Below are positions 1 through 13,320 of a stretch of 64,000 nt of DNA, one piece after another; within the stretch, counting starts at the first letter, position 1; each line of letters opens with the position of its first letter. The notes beneath the pieces were generated by a model that saw only the letters and a program-made list of their open reading frames with translations, searched no databases and was not told the origin of the DNA. The stretch lies in NCBI RefSeq assembly GCF_006345805.1, contig NC_043004.1, positions 5,332,001 to 5,396,000 on the forward strand. Reading direction: 5' to 3'. Source of the DNA: Octopus sinensis (taxonomy: Eukaryota). The position numbers were made by a program, and so were the translations under genes.

Positions 1-1425
1 CCATGTTGAGTCCTGATTGAGCTGAACTATGATCAGCTACGTTCCAGCCATGACCATCTCATCTAACTTTCAGTTATGGAGTATCTAGGACTACATTATC
101 CAATCTGCCCTTCCAATGCTTAAGAAAAATATGGGTTGAGATTTGACTGTTGTTTCTAGCAAGTCGAGCATCCATTTAGAGAGGCACTCTCTTTTACTTG
201 CAATAATTGTTGCTGGTGTTGTCCTAATTTTCAAATCATTATTTTTAATTGCTGCATAAATGACGTTGAGATTTCTAGTCACATGTTATCATTGACACCC
301 ATTAAACATTTTGCTGTTTAACCCCAGGCTGGCTCTGGTTGTCCAGAATTATGATCAAAAACAATCCAGCTATATAACCTCTTACTTATTTTTTTAAAAG
401 TTTTTTTTTTACTTGTTTCAGTCATTAGACCGTGGCCATGCTAGGGTACCACCTTGAAGAATTTTTCTTTGAATGAATTGACCCCACTTTTTTTTAAGGC
501 TGGCATTTATTTTATCTGAACTGCTAAGTTAGGGGGGATGTAAACGTGCCAATGCCGGTTGTCCAGCAGTGGTGGCAAATCGACGCAGATACAAAGACAC
601 ATACACACACATACAGATTATATGTATATGACAGGCTTCTTTCAGTTTCCATCTACCAAATACACACACAAAGCTTTTGTTGGCCTGAGGTTGACCTTGT
701 TATATTTTATATGCCATCAGATATGGTGTGGTGGTAAGAAGCTTGCTTCCCAACCACATGGTTCTGGGTTCAGTACCACTGCATGGCACCTTGGGTGAGG
801 GTCTTCTACATTTTTATTGCTAACTTTTACATAGCTGGGGCTTGAAGTGTTTATGAATGCATACCTGATCGTTATAGACTCTATACGAGATCTTTTTTAC
901 TCAGTAGTTTTATAAAATACATTTGAAAACTTTCACATACATTAAAAGCTACTAGAAATTTTAGCATTTTCTCATAGGTGTAATGCATAAGAAGGTAGAA
1001 AGAAAGTAGAAGTTATTTTACATCTACATGAAAGTTTTCACAGATATAAAATGGCTATCAAATTTGTTAACAGAAAGACATTATATATATCTATAAATCT
1101 ATGTCTGTATCTATATATGAAAAGAAATATATATATATATATATGGGGCTTTGTTGGAGCTGGATTTTCTACGGGGATCATACTCTTGCTTACCACCAAC
1201 CTCAGTTTCTAGACACGAGTGGTCCTGAGACCAAGGCCTCTACCATGATTTTTAAGAAATGTGGTGGGAAGCCTCATGATAACAAAGGAGAATGGACACC
1301 AGCCAGCCAGCCCAAAGGTTGGGTGGGCTGCACTTGCCTACATTGGTTGCTATGGCATTGAGGTAGATCTGGCCACCCCCTGTTAATGGAGACAAAACCC
1401 GGATTTAAAACACTAGATGATGATG

Positions 1426-1456
<31 letters not shown>

Positions 1457-1802
1457 CGTGTGCTGAACCTTTCTTTAAATTTGTTGGGTGTTCTTTTTTT
1501 GTTTTCAACTTCTTAAACTATAGAAAAGCTTTATCTCTTTTATGTTGTTACATGTAACGTGCTAATGTCATAAAAAAGACCTTTTACCTTTACGATTTAC
1601 ATTACCCTTTTTTAAAATTTTGTTAGCATTTATGTAGTCAGGGTTTAAAGTGTTTATAAATGGGTACCTGTTATTTGTAGAACTTTTTACTCAGCAGTTT
1701 TACAGAATGCATTTGAAAAACACAAATTAAAAATTACTGGAAAATTTAATTCCCAATTAGAAAGGACCTAGTTATAATCTGATATTCATTTTTAAAAAAA
1801 TA

Positions 1803-1967
1803 CTATATTTACTCATGTATAAGTGGCACCCTTAATTTAGTGTTTAAATCTTGCTACAAATTTTTTTCCTTTCATAGTTTAAGCTTTGCCCCATATAAGT
1901 CATATCCCAGTTTTTTTCCATTAAAATAAAGTATTTGACTATGTGACTTATACACAAGTAAATACAG
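1803..1967. mobile_element. Tc1/pogo-type MITE
   Basis: TA flanks; TIR of about 22 bp CT(A/G)TATTTACT(CA/TG)TGTATAAGT. Confidence 0.7.
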
Positions 1968-1971
1968 TATA

Positions 1972-2191
1972 CAAGGGGATGCTGAAAAGTTCCTGGTTTT
2001 AAGGGTATCATGAAAGGCCTGGTTGGAGGCCCAACCTTCTGGGTTCTTTCACAGGGCTTAGAAAAACTGAAGGCTCGCTGCAATAAGTGTGTGATTCTGA
2101 GAGGAGAATATGTTGACTAAAAAAAATCTTAATTAACTGATCCTCCTGTATTTTCTTTTACTCAAAGCCAGGAACTTTATAGCATCCCCTC

Positions 2192-2194
<3 letters not shown>
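1972..2194 (+). mobile_element. Mariner-derived MITE with transposase C-terminal remnant
   Basis: TA flanks; TIR GGGGATGCTGAAAAGTTCCTGG; remnant QGLEKLKARCNKCVILRGEYVD*. Confidence 0.82.
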
Positions 2195-2274
<80 letters not shown>

Positions 2275-2402
2275 TATATATATATATATATATTTAAAAT
2301 ATATTCTGCAAAGTGACTTTTTTTTAAGGTATGTTTTGTAAAACATAACTAAACTATTAAAGTTTAAAAATTCACAAAAAGATATTTTTTTTTATTTTGA
2401 TT

Positions 2403-3704
2403 TCAACAACAACAGCAGCAACAACAACAAAAATATGAATACCATTTAGAACTCACTTTGGTAGTTTGTATTTGATTTTGTGGCATTTCTGTTGGACTGA
2501 AATGAGGAAAGCGAAGGGGTTTGCTAAATATTGGTGTTAAAAAGTTTGATGTTATTTTCTGCGACATTGTAAGGTGAGGTAAAATCCGTTGTCCAATGAA
2601 AATAGGTATCCTGAATCTTAGTTTCCCGCTTAATCCAGAAAAAGTGATCTCAACCTGTAAGTAGTGGGACACTTGAAATAATTTGCATTTGTACTGACTG
2701 ATACACAGGGCCGCATTCTTGTGAATAGGAAGAAAAATCTGGAATTTATTTTCCTTCTTTTCATTCTGTGATGGTTCCTCTATTGGACTAGGGTCCTTTG
2801 AGCGCACATGCGAAATGCATTTAGAAAAACGTTCACTCTTTTCTTCAAACTGAACCAACTGGTTAAGTGTTCCTGTAATTTTCGAAACTGATTTTGTTGG
2901 CCATCCTGGGTCGATGGCTATCTGGAGACCAAGGCAGATCCTCTCTCCTGGTTCATATAACCTCTTGTCAAGAGTTAAGACAATGTGAACTTGTTTTCCA
3001 CGACTGAACTTTAATTTGGTTTTCTCTTCATGATTCACAGGAATCAGTGCCTCTGACAGTCTGTTTACTAGGCTACTGGGAGATTCTTCAACTTGAAAGT
3101 GTTTCTTTCTCAGTAGCACAGTATGGGGATCCCTTGATTGAAAATTGTGGCTTGAGGGATGAATGTTGAGGGGTGTATGAATATATATGGCTATAAAGTA
3201 GGTAATTTCTAATACAACTGTGTTTTTGTCTTCATAGAGCAATGATGATGGTATATCTGGTGGTAACCAGAATTTATACTGTGAGCTGTACAAGCCTGGC
3301 ATGGCAATCATCCTTTCATGAGGATTACCCAGAACAGCAAACTTTTTATTCATGAAAACCTTTTTAGGAGCACCTCCGATTCCTGTTTGTAGATATGTAG
3401 CACTGCTTTGACCAACGATAATCATTTCAATAAATTGTAGCTCCAAAGGATGTTTTATGTAAAACTCCAAGTCAATAGTCATCAGTTCACCAGGCTCATA
3501 ATTTGCATCATCTGCTTTCTGAGTGTAGATTTGAAAATATGATATTGGGCTTGAGTTCCGTACCCTGTGTGTAGATCTACCCAGAGTTGGAAAGGTTGTA
3601 AACACTTGGTGTATATCTCTACTCGATAGTGACTTTCGGATTGGTGCTCGATGGCGTGTATGATATGTCGACTGACTCAAAGTTTTCCTTCTTAGAGTTG
3701 TCAT
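2403..3704 (-). CDS. Single-exon arrestin-domain (alpha-arrestin/ARRDC-like) protein, 433 aa, C-terminal Cys8
   Basis: Uninterrupted 433-aa ORF with arrestin-N motifs (YEPGE; PGLYSSQYKFWLPPDIPSS; EITYFI) and arrestin-C motifs (LDKRLYEPGERI; FQVSHYLQVEI; RIPIFIG). No PPxY motif. AATAAA on the - strand at 2391-2396. Confidence 0.8.
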   Translation of the reverse strand: MTTLRRKTLSQSTYHTRHRAPIRKSLSSRDIHQVFTTFPTLGRSTHRVRNSSPISYFQIYTQKADDANYEPGELMTIDLEFYIKHPLELQFIEMIIVGQSSATYLQTGIGGAPKKVFMNKKFAVLGNPHERMIAMPGLYSSQYKFWLPPDIPSSLLYEDKNTVVLEITYFIAIYIHTPLNIHPSSHNFQSRDPHTVLLRKKHFQVEESPSSLVNRLSEALIPVNHEEKTKLKFSRGKQVHIVLTLDKRLYEPGERICLGLQIAIDPGWPTKSVSKITGTLNQLVQFEEKSERFSKCISHVRSKDPSPIEEPSQNEKKENKFQIFLPIHKNAALCISQYKCKLFQVSHYLQVEITFSGLSGKLRFRIPIFIGQRILPHLTMSQKITSNFLTPIFSKPLRFPHFSPTEMPQNQIQTTKVSSKWYSYFCCCCCCCC

Positions 3705-6700
3705 CTTTCAACCAGTTATTGAATCTGAAAAGTGATTTCTGATTCTGTCAGGGAAATTTTTTCTTAAACTTGTATGATTTGCAGAAATCTCTGTTATGAT
3801 GACACGTCTCCAGTTGAAGAAAATAATTTCTCAGCAAATCTTATTTATTTTGCTTTTCAGTGTTAAAGCTGTTGAGGAGTAGTTGCAGATTGTAGACTGT
3901 AATCTTTATTGTAGATATATGTGCTAGCAAACTGGTTAAAGCACTTCTATACTCACAAATTTTTTTGTTTCTGTTTTAGTTTTTATTAAAGGTGTGTCAT
4001 TGTAAAATGATGTATCCAGCAAGCAATTTCTTTTTATAGCTTAAGACGGTAACTTTTTGTTTTTTGTGGTTTCCATGCACACAGTACAGATAATGTTCGC
4101 CTCTGGGGGAGAAAACAGGTTCTACCTAAGTGTCAGTTGCCAGCACCATACTGATTGACCAATAATGAAGCTGGATTGATATAGAGAATGTTAAACACAT
4201 TGTTCCTTTAAATTATGGAGGATATATATGTAAATTACCAATTCAGTGTCTGAGTTATTTATTCATTCCATTTCCAACTTATATACTGGGAAGAAAATAC
4301 AAAGCAACATTCCGTTATGTAACTTTTCTATGTTAACTACCAGTATGATTGGCTCCTGGTTATTGTTGCCTTCTTTTTTTAAACAAGTAATTTTTTTTTC
4401 AATTTGCTGAATGATATTTCTAAATTTCCCATGAAGGCATATGCTTTCATTTTATCTGATTGTTTTCTTGGGAAAAATGTTTTGTGGAGATCTAATTTGA
4501 ATAAACTGACATGAAACAAGAAACAAATCACTGTTGTTTAATAATAACAAACTAGAACTTGATGAGGGAAGCATTTCAACTCTCTCTCTCTCTCTCTCGT
4601 TATCTATCAGATGCAGTGGGACTGGCATGAGACAATTGGGTGTAGCTGTTTGGACATTGATGATTTGGCCTGGCTGACTGGACATCCAGCTTGTTTTGGT
4701 GACAGTACTTTCTGGTGCTGGAGGAAAATTTACACACTCACACACACTTGTGCTCAGAAGTGTGTGTGTGTGTGTAAAAACCATGCCAAAAGTGACCTTG
4801 CCTGTGCAAGTACCACATAAAAAGCACTCAGCCCACTCTGTAGAGTAGTTGGTGCTAGGGAGGGCATCCAGCCACAAAAAAAAAAGATGCCAAAACAGAC
4901 ACAGAAGTCTGGTGTAGTCTTCTACCTGGTCAGATCCTGTCAAACCATCCAACCCATGCCAGCATGGAAGGCGGATGTTAAACGATGTTGATGGTGTGTG
5001 TGTGTGTGTGTGAAGGCATGTGGCCTAGTGGTTGGGGCAGCCACACTTCTGAGATTGTGGTTTTGATTCTCAGGCTGGTTGCACATTGTGTTCTTGAGCA
5101 AAGCACTTCATTTCATGCTGCTTCAGTCTGCTCAGTTGTAAATGGGTAACCCTTCCAAGTGGGGGGAATGTTGGCCTGCTCCCCTAGCCAGCAGAGTAGC
5201 TTCATTTGAAAGCTAAAATAATACAAAGTGCATTGTGACTAGCGATGTATAACAACATCTGATAGTCTGGTCAATACTGCAGTTGCTATTTTACTCTACT
5301 GGACCCCACTCCCACTCCATAGCTGTTTGACGTTTAAAAAACCCTATATATTTGAGTATTATTAGGAATTATATTAAAAAAAATTGTTTAAATATTTTGT
5401 TTATTGAAGAAGTATAACCAATTTATTGCAGATAATTTTCAACCACAAAATCTTACATAAACCCCAGTTCAGAGCCACTGAGAAAGAATTTGAACAGTGG
5501 GAAGGGAGTTCTTGATAGATTCAGATGTGGGAGATTTAAGATTAATTGAACCAGTTTGAGGAAGAGGAGAGGTGTACTGACTTGGTGTAAGAAGACATGG
5601 TTTGTCAACTGTATAAAGATGTCAAACTCAGAAGAATCGATGGCATTGGGTTGGCAACTTGGGAAAAGGGGCATAACCTGACTATAGACTAGTAATTGGA
5701 GTGTGTTAATGTATTCATATTTGCTAGCTGTTGTTTCTGGCTTTGAGAAAAAGTTGTAACCTTTGTGATAGAAATATTTGTCATAATACTGTAGAAGACA
5801 GCTGGAAACTATTCTATGCGTTTCTTTCATTATTTCTTAATTTCAAGTCCCAACTTCTAATCCCACCAAATATTATGAAGAAATAATTATCTCCCTTGTA
5901 TTAACTGTCCACTAGGGAACTCCATGTATTCCAGTACAGCTTTCCCAATAAAATATCAATTCTTTCTCTGCAAGGTTTGTGTCTCTTGCATATTTTTTTT
6001 ATTGCTGTTACTTGTCTGTCAAAACATGAGAATGTATAAAGTAACTGAAGTTGGTATGTGGGTTTTGCTGAGATAGCTGAGAGAGAGAGAGAGAGAATGT
6101 GGGGGAATGTTTTTGTGTGAAAAGGTCAGAGTGTCAAAAGAAAACCTGTTGGACCTTTATAATGATATACAAAAAGTAATGCCACAATACAGTGCAGTGG
6201 AAGCAGGTGCAAACCAGCTGTGCACTTGTATGTTTTTTTTTTCTGGTTGACAAACAAATGACAAATTTCTTGTTAATGTTATAAAAGTTAAAAGTAAGAT
6301 TCTGTCATGAAATGAAGATGATAAACATATATTTATATAAGTCATACCCCTAATTTAGTGTTAAATTTGGTACAAAGATTGCATGCATACCATGGCAGTT
6401 TTAGCTTTATCCCATGTATAAGTCACAACCCTGTTTTTGCAGTTTTTATAAAGTATAAAAATAATGCAACTTATAAAGGAGTAAATGCAGTAAGTTCACC
6501 AAAAGTGGATTTTAAAAGATTTTTTTTAACAATTTGCATTAGCAGGACTGTATTAATATGTCAGATATTTATACTAACAAGTTCTTGAGTCACAAAATAC
6601 TACTAAATTGGAACCTAATAGAAAAATACTGTCTGTCTGTCTGCCTCTCTGTGTGTCTGTCTGTTTGTATGTCTGTCTCTCTCTCTTTCACTGACACACA

Positions 6701-7890
6701 CACACGGCATCGTGTTCACATGGATGTAAACTTGATGCATCTGATCCTAGGCATTATAGTTTTAGTTCATCTAAGTAAAATATTTAATCACTGAATGTAC
6801 TCAATGACTCATTAAGTAGTTGGTGCTATGAATTTATGTCTGAATTATACAAACAGGAAGAATAGAACATAGAAAAACCCATGCCAGCATGGAAAGTGGA
6901 CGTTAAACGATGATGATAATGATGATGATGATGTGAATAAACAAGTGTTACATTTGATAGAGTAATCCGAATGCTAAAGGGCTAAATCTTTGATTATACA
7001 TTCGAATTTTTCTATTAAATGGACAATACAGCTGTGGCTGTGTGGTTAGAAGTTTGGCTCCCAATCACATGGTTCTGGGTTCACTCCCACATTGTGGTAC
7101 TTTGGGTAAGTGTCTTCTATTATAGTGTCGGGGCCAATCAAAGTCTTGTCAGTGGATTTGGCTGACAGAAACTGAAAAAAGCCTGTCATATATATATGCG
7201 TGTGTGTGTGTATCTTTATGTCTGTGTTTGTCCCCCACCACCACTTGCTAACTGGTGTTGTTGTGTTTACGTCTCCATAACTTAGCAGTTTTGACAAAAG
7301 AAACCGTTGGAATAAATACCAGACTTTAAAAAAAACAAAAAAACGTACAGGGGTTGATTCATCTAACTAAAAATTCTTCAAGGCGTTGCCCCAGTATGGC
7401 TGCGGTTTAATGACTGAACTGAGTAAGATATAAAGGGAAATATAAAAGAATACATGAAACAGATTCCTGTAATTCCCATGTAATGTCAGCTTCAACTAAA
7501 ACATGTTTAATGTTTTATCTTCAGCCCTGTATCTCCATAGCTTTGTCACTTTTCACATAAAGTAGTAAATATGTAGGTGTAGTTAGCATAAAACATATTT
7601 GATGGATTCCCAGAAAGGTCATTGTTTTTAGGAAAGGAAGGCAGTGTGTAAGGATGGTTGGCAGGGTGGGGGTTAGTAAAAGTGGGCAGTTGAGCATACT
7701 GGAATAACCAGCCTTCAAAATGTAAACCAGTTTATCAGACAGCAAGGTTTCCAAAGTAATGCAGCACAGCAGAGACCAATAAATCAAGCCAATGATCAAT
7801 AGCAAATAAAACTCAGAATCCAAATTAATTAGCTCTGGTCTGTGTCGACAAAAATCATTTAATAAAGCTTGGAAATTTTAATAAATTAAT

Positions 7891-8558
7891 ATTCTTTTCT
7901 ACTCTAGGCACAAGGCCTGAAATTTTTGGGAAGGTGGGGCCAGTTGATTAGATTGACCTCAGTACACACCTGGTATTTAATTTATTGACCCTGAAAGGAT
8001 GAAAGACAAAATTGACCTTGGTGTAATTTGAACTCAGAACCTAAAGACAGATGAAATATCGCTAAGCATTTCTCCTAGAGTGCTAGTGATTCTGCCAGCT
8101 TGCTGCTTTTTATTCGTTTCTAATCTAGGCACAAGGCCCAAAATTTTGGGGGAGGGGACCAGTTGATTAGATTGACCCCAGTACACAACTGGTACTTAAT
8201 TTACTGACCCTGAAAGGATGAAAGGCAAAGTCGACCTTGGTGGAATTTGAACTCAGAATGTAAAGACAGATGAAATACCGCTAAGCATTTTGGCCGGCGT
8301 GCTAATGTTTCTGCCAGCTTGCCACCATAATTGGAATTAGATAATTCTTTTCTACTCTAGTCACAAGGCCCGAAATTTTTGGGGAGGAGGCCAGTTAATT
8401 AGATCGATCCCAGTGCGCAACTGGAACTTAATTTATCGACCCTGAAAGGATGATAAGCAAAGTCGACCTCAGCAGAATTTGAACTCAGAACATAAAGACA
8501 GACAGAATACCGCTAAGCATTTCACCCAGTGTGCTAACGTTTCTGCCAGCTCGCCGCC
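7891..8558 (-). mobile_element. Three head-to-tail copies of tRNA-headed SINE family B
   Basis: Copies at 7891-8106, 8112-8326 and 8344-8558; GGCGAGCTGGCAGAA head; GCCTTTCATCCTTTCGGGGTCGATAAA core. Confidence 0.85.
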
Positions 8559-8959
8559 TTTTTAATAAATGAATATTGTGTAGGTGGATGGGAATGCTGA
8601 TGTTTTGAATAATAATGCTTTCTTGAAGTGAGAAATTTCAAAGTGTATAAAATAGTACTAAGCAAAAAAGAAGCTTGAAGGATCTGGGAGAGAGGGAGTG
8701 AGAAGGTTCAGGTGTGGCTTTGTGGTTAAGAGGTTTGCTTCCCAACCACATGGTTTCCAGTTCAGTCCTACTGCTATAGTCTTTGACCAACCAAAGATTT
8801 GTGGGTAAATCTGGTAGACAGAAACTAAAAGAAGCACATCGTGTGTGTGTGTTTGTCCTGCACCACCACTTGACAACTGGTGCTGCTTTAGAAAATTACT
8901 ATTTTTAAATCTCTTTGTTTACATCCCTGTGACTTAGCAGGTCAAAGCACCATCCGAAC

Positions 8960-9250
8960 GTAGCTGATGCCAGCGCCACCTTGACTTGCTTCCGTGCTGG
9001 TGGCATGTAAAAAGCACCAACCGATCATGGCCATTGCCAGCCTCGCCTGGCACCTGCATTGGTGGCACGTAAAAAGCACCCACTACACTCACGGAGTGGT
9101 TGGCGTTAGGAAGGGCATCCAGCTGTAGAAACACTGCCAGATCAGACTGGAGCCTGGTGCAGCCTTCTGGCTTCCCAGACCCCGGTCAAACCGTCCAACC
9201 CATGCTAGCATGGAAATCGGACATTAAACGATGATGATGATGATGATATA
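8960..9250 (+). mobile_element. RTE 3'-UTR/tail fragment, representative of about 25 copies on both strands (e.g. 4800, 11330, 13435, 21700, 29400, 32280, 35660, 38490, 39840, 49150, 50100, 53975, 57460)
   Basis: AAAAGCACCCACTACACTC...GGAAGGGCATCCAGCTGTAGAAAC...CCATGCTAGCATGGAAA...(GAT)n. Confidence 0.8.
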
Positions 9251-9593
9251 TATATATATGTGTGTGTGTGTGTGTATGATGAGCTTCCTTCAGTTTCCAG
9301 CTATGAAATCCACTCACAAGGCTTTAGTTGGGCCACAGCTATAGCATCAGGCTTAATTTAATTTAAACAGTCAGTTAGGGGCTAACTTACTAACTTCAGA
9401 CTCAAGTCTCTCTCCAGCTTATCATCATTCCGATTGCTACCTTTGTTTTAATGTCCACTTTTCCATGTTTGCATGTCTTGACCAGAATTTTATTTAGGCA
9501 AATTTTCTATGACTGGATGCCCTTGCTAGTGACACCTGTTGCCAGTGACATCTCTCTTGTATTAACACAAACTACAATGACAAACTAAGACTA

Positions 9594-9802
9594 CTGTATT
9601 TTCTGGCATACAAATCAACATAGTATATAATGTTAACATGTAGTGTAAACATTCAAACATCGTCACTATCTTTCCAAATCCTTCTGCATTTCCCATGGAA
9701 TTTTTGGTCCTCCAAAGTCGTCTGGGTGCATAAGTCAACCTACGTCTCTTGGCTACAAATTTTAACCTTAAAAAAATTTGACTTTTATGTTGGAAAATAC
9801 AG
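9594..9802. mobile_element. Tc1/pogo-type MITE
   Basis: Degenerate TIRs CTGTATTTTC...; TA at the left end. Confidence 0.55.
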
Positions 9803-10555
9803 TTAGCGATAACCTTACTGCTGTTGTTGCTTAAGTTACATTGAGTTTCCTGTGACTTAAGTAATTTTAGAACTTGAATCTTCAGTTACGAGAGAGAGAG
9901 AAATAGAATGAGAGAAACACATGTACACAACAAAAGTCTCTTTGACAACATTCCGTGGATTTGGTCATCAAGAACAGAGACAAGATCTCACAAAGCTCCC
10001 ATTAAAAACACCGAGCACGTGGCTTAAAATATTGCGTGCTTTTCTTTTTTTAAATAAAAATTCTTTCCTATGACTAACTTAACAGTTTATTAATTTGTAT
10101 AAATTTACTCTAAACTATTTGTTGTTGATTTTTATTTTTTCTGATTCATTTCTATAAACATTGAAAATGTAAATATCACAAAATATTCTCTTTATTTTAT
10201 TTATGACAAAGCATCATCACAATTCTATTTTGAATCTGTTACATTCTATTGCCTTGTGTTGTATTATTGTATTGCTTCATTCATTGAAATCAAGATCTCT
10301 CAATTCACCATAACATTCTATGTATGACTGTATGTGTGTATATTTACAAGCACAGTGTGTGTGTGTGTGTGTGTGTATGTGTGTTGCATGTAAGTGTTTG
10401 TATGTGCTTAATTTGTATTCCTCACAAACATCACTCCTCACACAGACATAGACCTCGGAGTAACGGAACCCTCACATTAAAACAATGTCGTCAACTTTAT
10501 AGAGTTAGCACCAATAATATATTCAGTGCATAGCCTCAAGGAGTATGTTTGTACT

Positions 10556-10632
10556 ATGAATGTCAGTTACCCTGACGTCTGCCACAGACTCAGCCAGTCT
10601 CTCAACTGCAGTTTCTGTTGCCAATTAATGCG
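10556..10632 (+). CDS. ALS2: Candidate first coding exon of alsin (ATG at 10556 or 10628; donor CG|GTAAAT, phase 2)
   Basis: Both ATGs are in frame with a phase-2 donor that fits the phase-2 acceptor at 15121 (giving M-R-E-E-E-K). Lies in a locally CpG-retaining non-repeat segment. Speculative. Confidence 0.3.
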
Positions 10633-12959
10633 GTAAATATACTTGATACTGTATTTTTTCAGGACTTTTAAAAATTTTATCTAATCGCAGATGCTCGATA
10701 ACAGACAGTATTATTTTTCAAAACCCTATCTCGCAAAAGCACTCAGGTTCAAATCTGCTCTCTCTTTTAGATACACACATGCCATCACTATCATCATCAT
10801 TTTAATGTCCACTTTTCGATGCTTGCATGGGTCAAATGGAATTTGTTGAGGCAGATTTTCTAGCCCTTCCTGTTACCACCCTTCATCTGTCTCCAAGCGA
10901 GGTAATATTTCCCCATTGACAGACATGTTTTACTTGGAATCTTGGAAATGAAGGGTACCACTTAAATGACAGTGGCACTCATTTACAACAATTACACCAG
11001 GTCAAGACAAAGATGCTAACTCAACACATACAAACACATGCATACACACAAACACACACACACACACACACACACACTCTCTCTCTCTCTCTCTCATTCG
11101 CACACACACACGTGGTGAGCTTCTTTTAGTTTCCATCTATGAAAGCCATTCACAAAGCTTTAGTTGGGTCAGAGCTATGGCAGAAGACATTTGTCCAAAG
11201 TGCTGCATGGGGGGAATGAACCTGGAAACAAGTGGTTGGGAAGCAAGCTTCTTAATCACACAGTCACACCTGCACCTATTACACTCACACTTGCATACAC
11301 ACATATGCATATATATAATGCGGTCAATGCCAGTGCTGCCTGACTGGCTCCTATGCTGGTGGCACATAAAAAGCACTATTCAAGTGTGACAGATGCCAGT
11401 GCCATTTGACTGGCTCTCATGCCAGTGGCACGTAAAAAGCATCCACCACACTCTTGGAGTGGATGATGTTAGGAAGGGCATCCAACTGTAGAAACTTTGC
11501 CAAATCAGATTGCTGCATGGTACAGCCTCCTGGCTTGCCAGTCCCCAGTCAAACTGTCCAACCCATACCAGCATGGAAAGTGGAGTAGATGTTAAATGAA
11601 TGTTGATGATGATGATGATGATATATTTATATATATATGCATGAGGACTTGGAAATTTCTTGTTTGATACGTAGGTGTGCATTTAGCCTGTCAGGGTGGG
11701 TTATACTCTAGTCTGTGGTGAAGGCAACTTACCCAGAAGATTGAGAACTCTAACAGAGTTATGTTATTCATTAAGTTTGTGACAAACATTGACACCAACT
11801 TTCTGCTATTGGCGTTTCCAAATGTTAGTGGCTATAATATTGGCTGTTAGACCCTCATACATTGAAACTGATTGGAGAATCAGGAGAATAAGAGAATACA
11901 TACATAAAACATTCAAATCTGCACATGCACTGACTTTAAATACTGTACACATTCACACAAACATGTACAAATACCCTGTTGATGTTGTTGAAAATTCCAA
12001 TGAAGGAGCCTTAAATCTAGGTTAGAAACCTGGCAAGAAATCTTGAAATAAAACTGAATAACATACATACATACACACGTACATGTACATATATACATAC
12101 ATACTTACTACTATCAGTTGTGTCCTCAAAAATAGAAAACATACATTGATTACAGTCAAATTGTGTATTTTAGGTCAAACCAGTAACTATTTTCATGCTT
12201 ATGGGAAAACATCTAATAATATGAATATTTTATGTAATGTCTGTCATATTACTTGATATACATTTTCAGTTCTCACTATCTCTTTCTGTATTATCTTGTT
12301 TTTTACTTTAAATTAATAGCGATCGTTTTATTCCGTTTCATTTGCTTCACTTGGCTTAACTGCTGATGTAATGACATTGCATTATAATTAGACAACCAGG
12401 TCAGGTATACTTTTAAGCAATCTTCAGTGAATTCACTACCTCTTCCATCTGATATGAACTGAACATTCAATTTTTTTAATTCTGAGAAACTAAGATTCTG
12501 AATCATAACTCTGAGCACCTTTTCAAACTCCACCTGTCTAACATCCATGAACATGTTTACAAAGTCAGAAAAGAGCACATCTTCCATGACTTTCGGAAGA
12601 ATTTTTTCATGCTAAGAGTTGCTGAAGTATGGAACAAACTGCCAGCATCAGTTGTTAGTTGTCGGAGCACTGCATCCTTCAAAACTTCCATGCTTCTTGA
12701 GATTTGCCTACACTACACCTGATTTTTCTCCTCTCCATACACACGCAAGCATGTATCTGACTCATACACTGTTCACTTTCCAGACTATTGTACATTACTG
12801 TATATGCTATTTATACACTTTTGACAAGTTGTGGTGCACCTGAGCACTGTATACATTAATTTCATTATATTATATTATATTTTAAAATTTCTAATTAGAA
12901 GATTTTTACTTGACACAATCCCCATCCACTGAGTCAAACACCTTATGGAGGTTGATGTA

Positions 12960-13320
12960 GGTTGCAAGCAGCCCATGCTGAAAGCTCTGCTTGCATTCAA
13001 TGAGTACACAAAGAGCCAGGATCCTGTCAGTAGTTGAACTCTTTGGCATGAACCCTTGAGATGTGTCCTGTTACCTGTATGATTCAAGAGTGCCAGCCCA
13101 GGCTGTTTGACCATGTTGCTTGATTTTGTGAGTTAGACCCTGTTTACCATGTTGTCTTCACTGAGGATCTGGCTGAGTTGATGGCTCATGTTGGTTGACT
13201 ACATGCTACATAGTCACAGTAGATGAGGAGGCATCTTGCAGAAATGAGGACTGGTTGAGACTTTGCTTGATGGGTCACCCGGGAGGATCCAGGGATATAC
13301 TGACAAAGGGTGAATGCAAG
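12960..13320 (+). mobile_element. Older RTE-like LINE remnant (related copy at 20030-20230)
   Basis: IQECQPRLFDHVA*FCELDP... resembles the RTE RT C-terminus; multiple stops. Confidence 0.5.

Noticed and set aside
5453-5830. 125-aa ORF on the - strand as a gene or RT remnant
   Set aside because: No recognisable domain and no convincing exon boundaries; one ORF of this length is plausible by chance in 64 kb. A tblastx search would settle it.
7521-7823. 100-aa hydrophobic ORF
   Set aside because: Non-ATG start, no motif, no splice support.
9594-9830. MGNAEG myristoylation-like start and a - strand donor suggesting another gene
   Set aside because: The ATG lies inside a pogo-type MITE, the donor sits just beyond its TIR, and the frame closes quickly.
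12303-12587. 94-aa ORF on the - strand
   Set aside because: Antisense reading of a CR1-type LINE 3' fragment.
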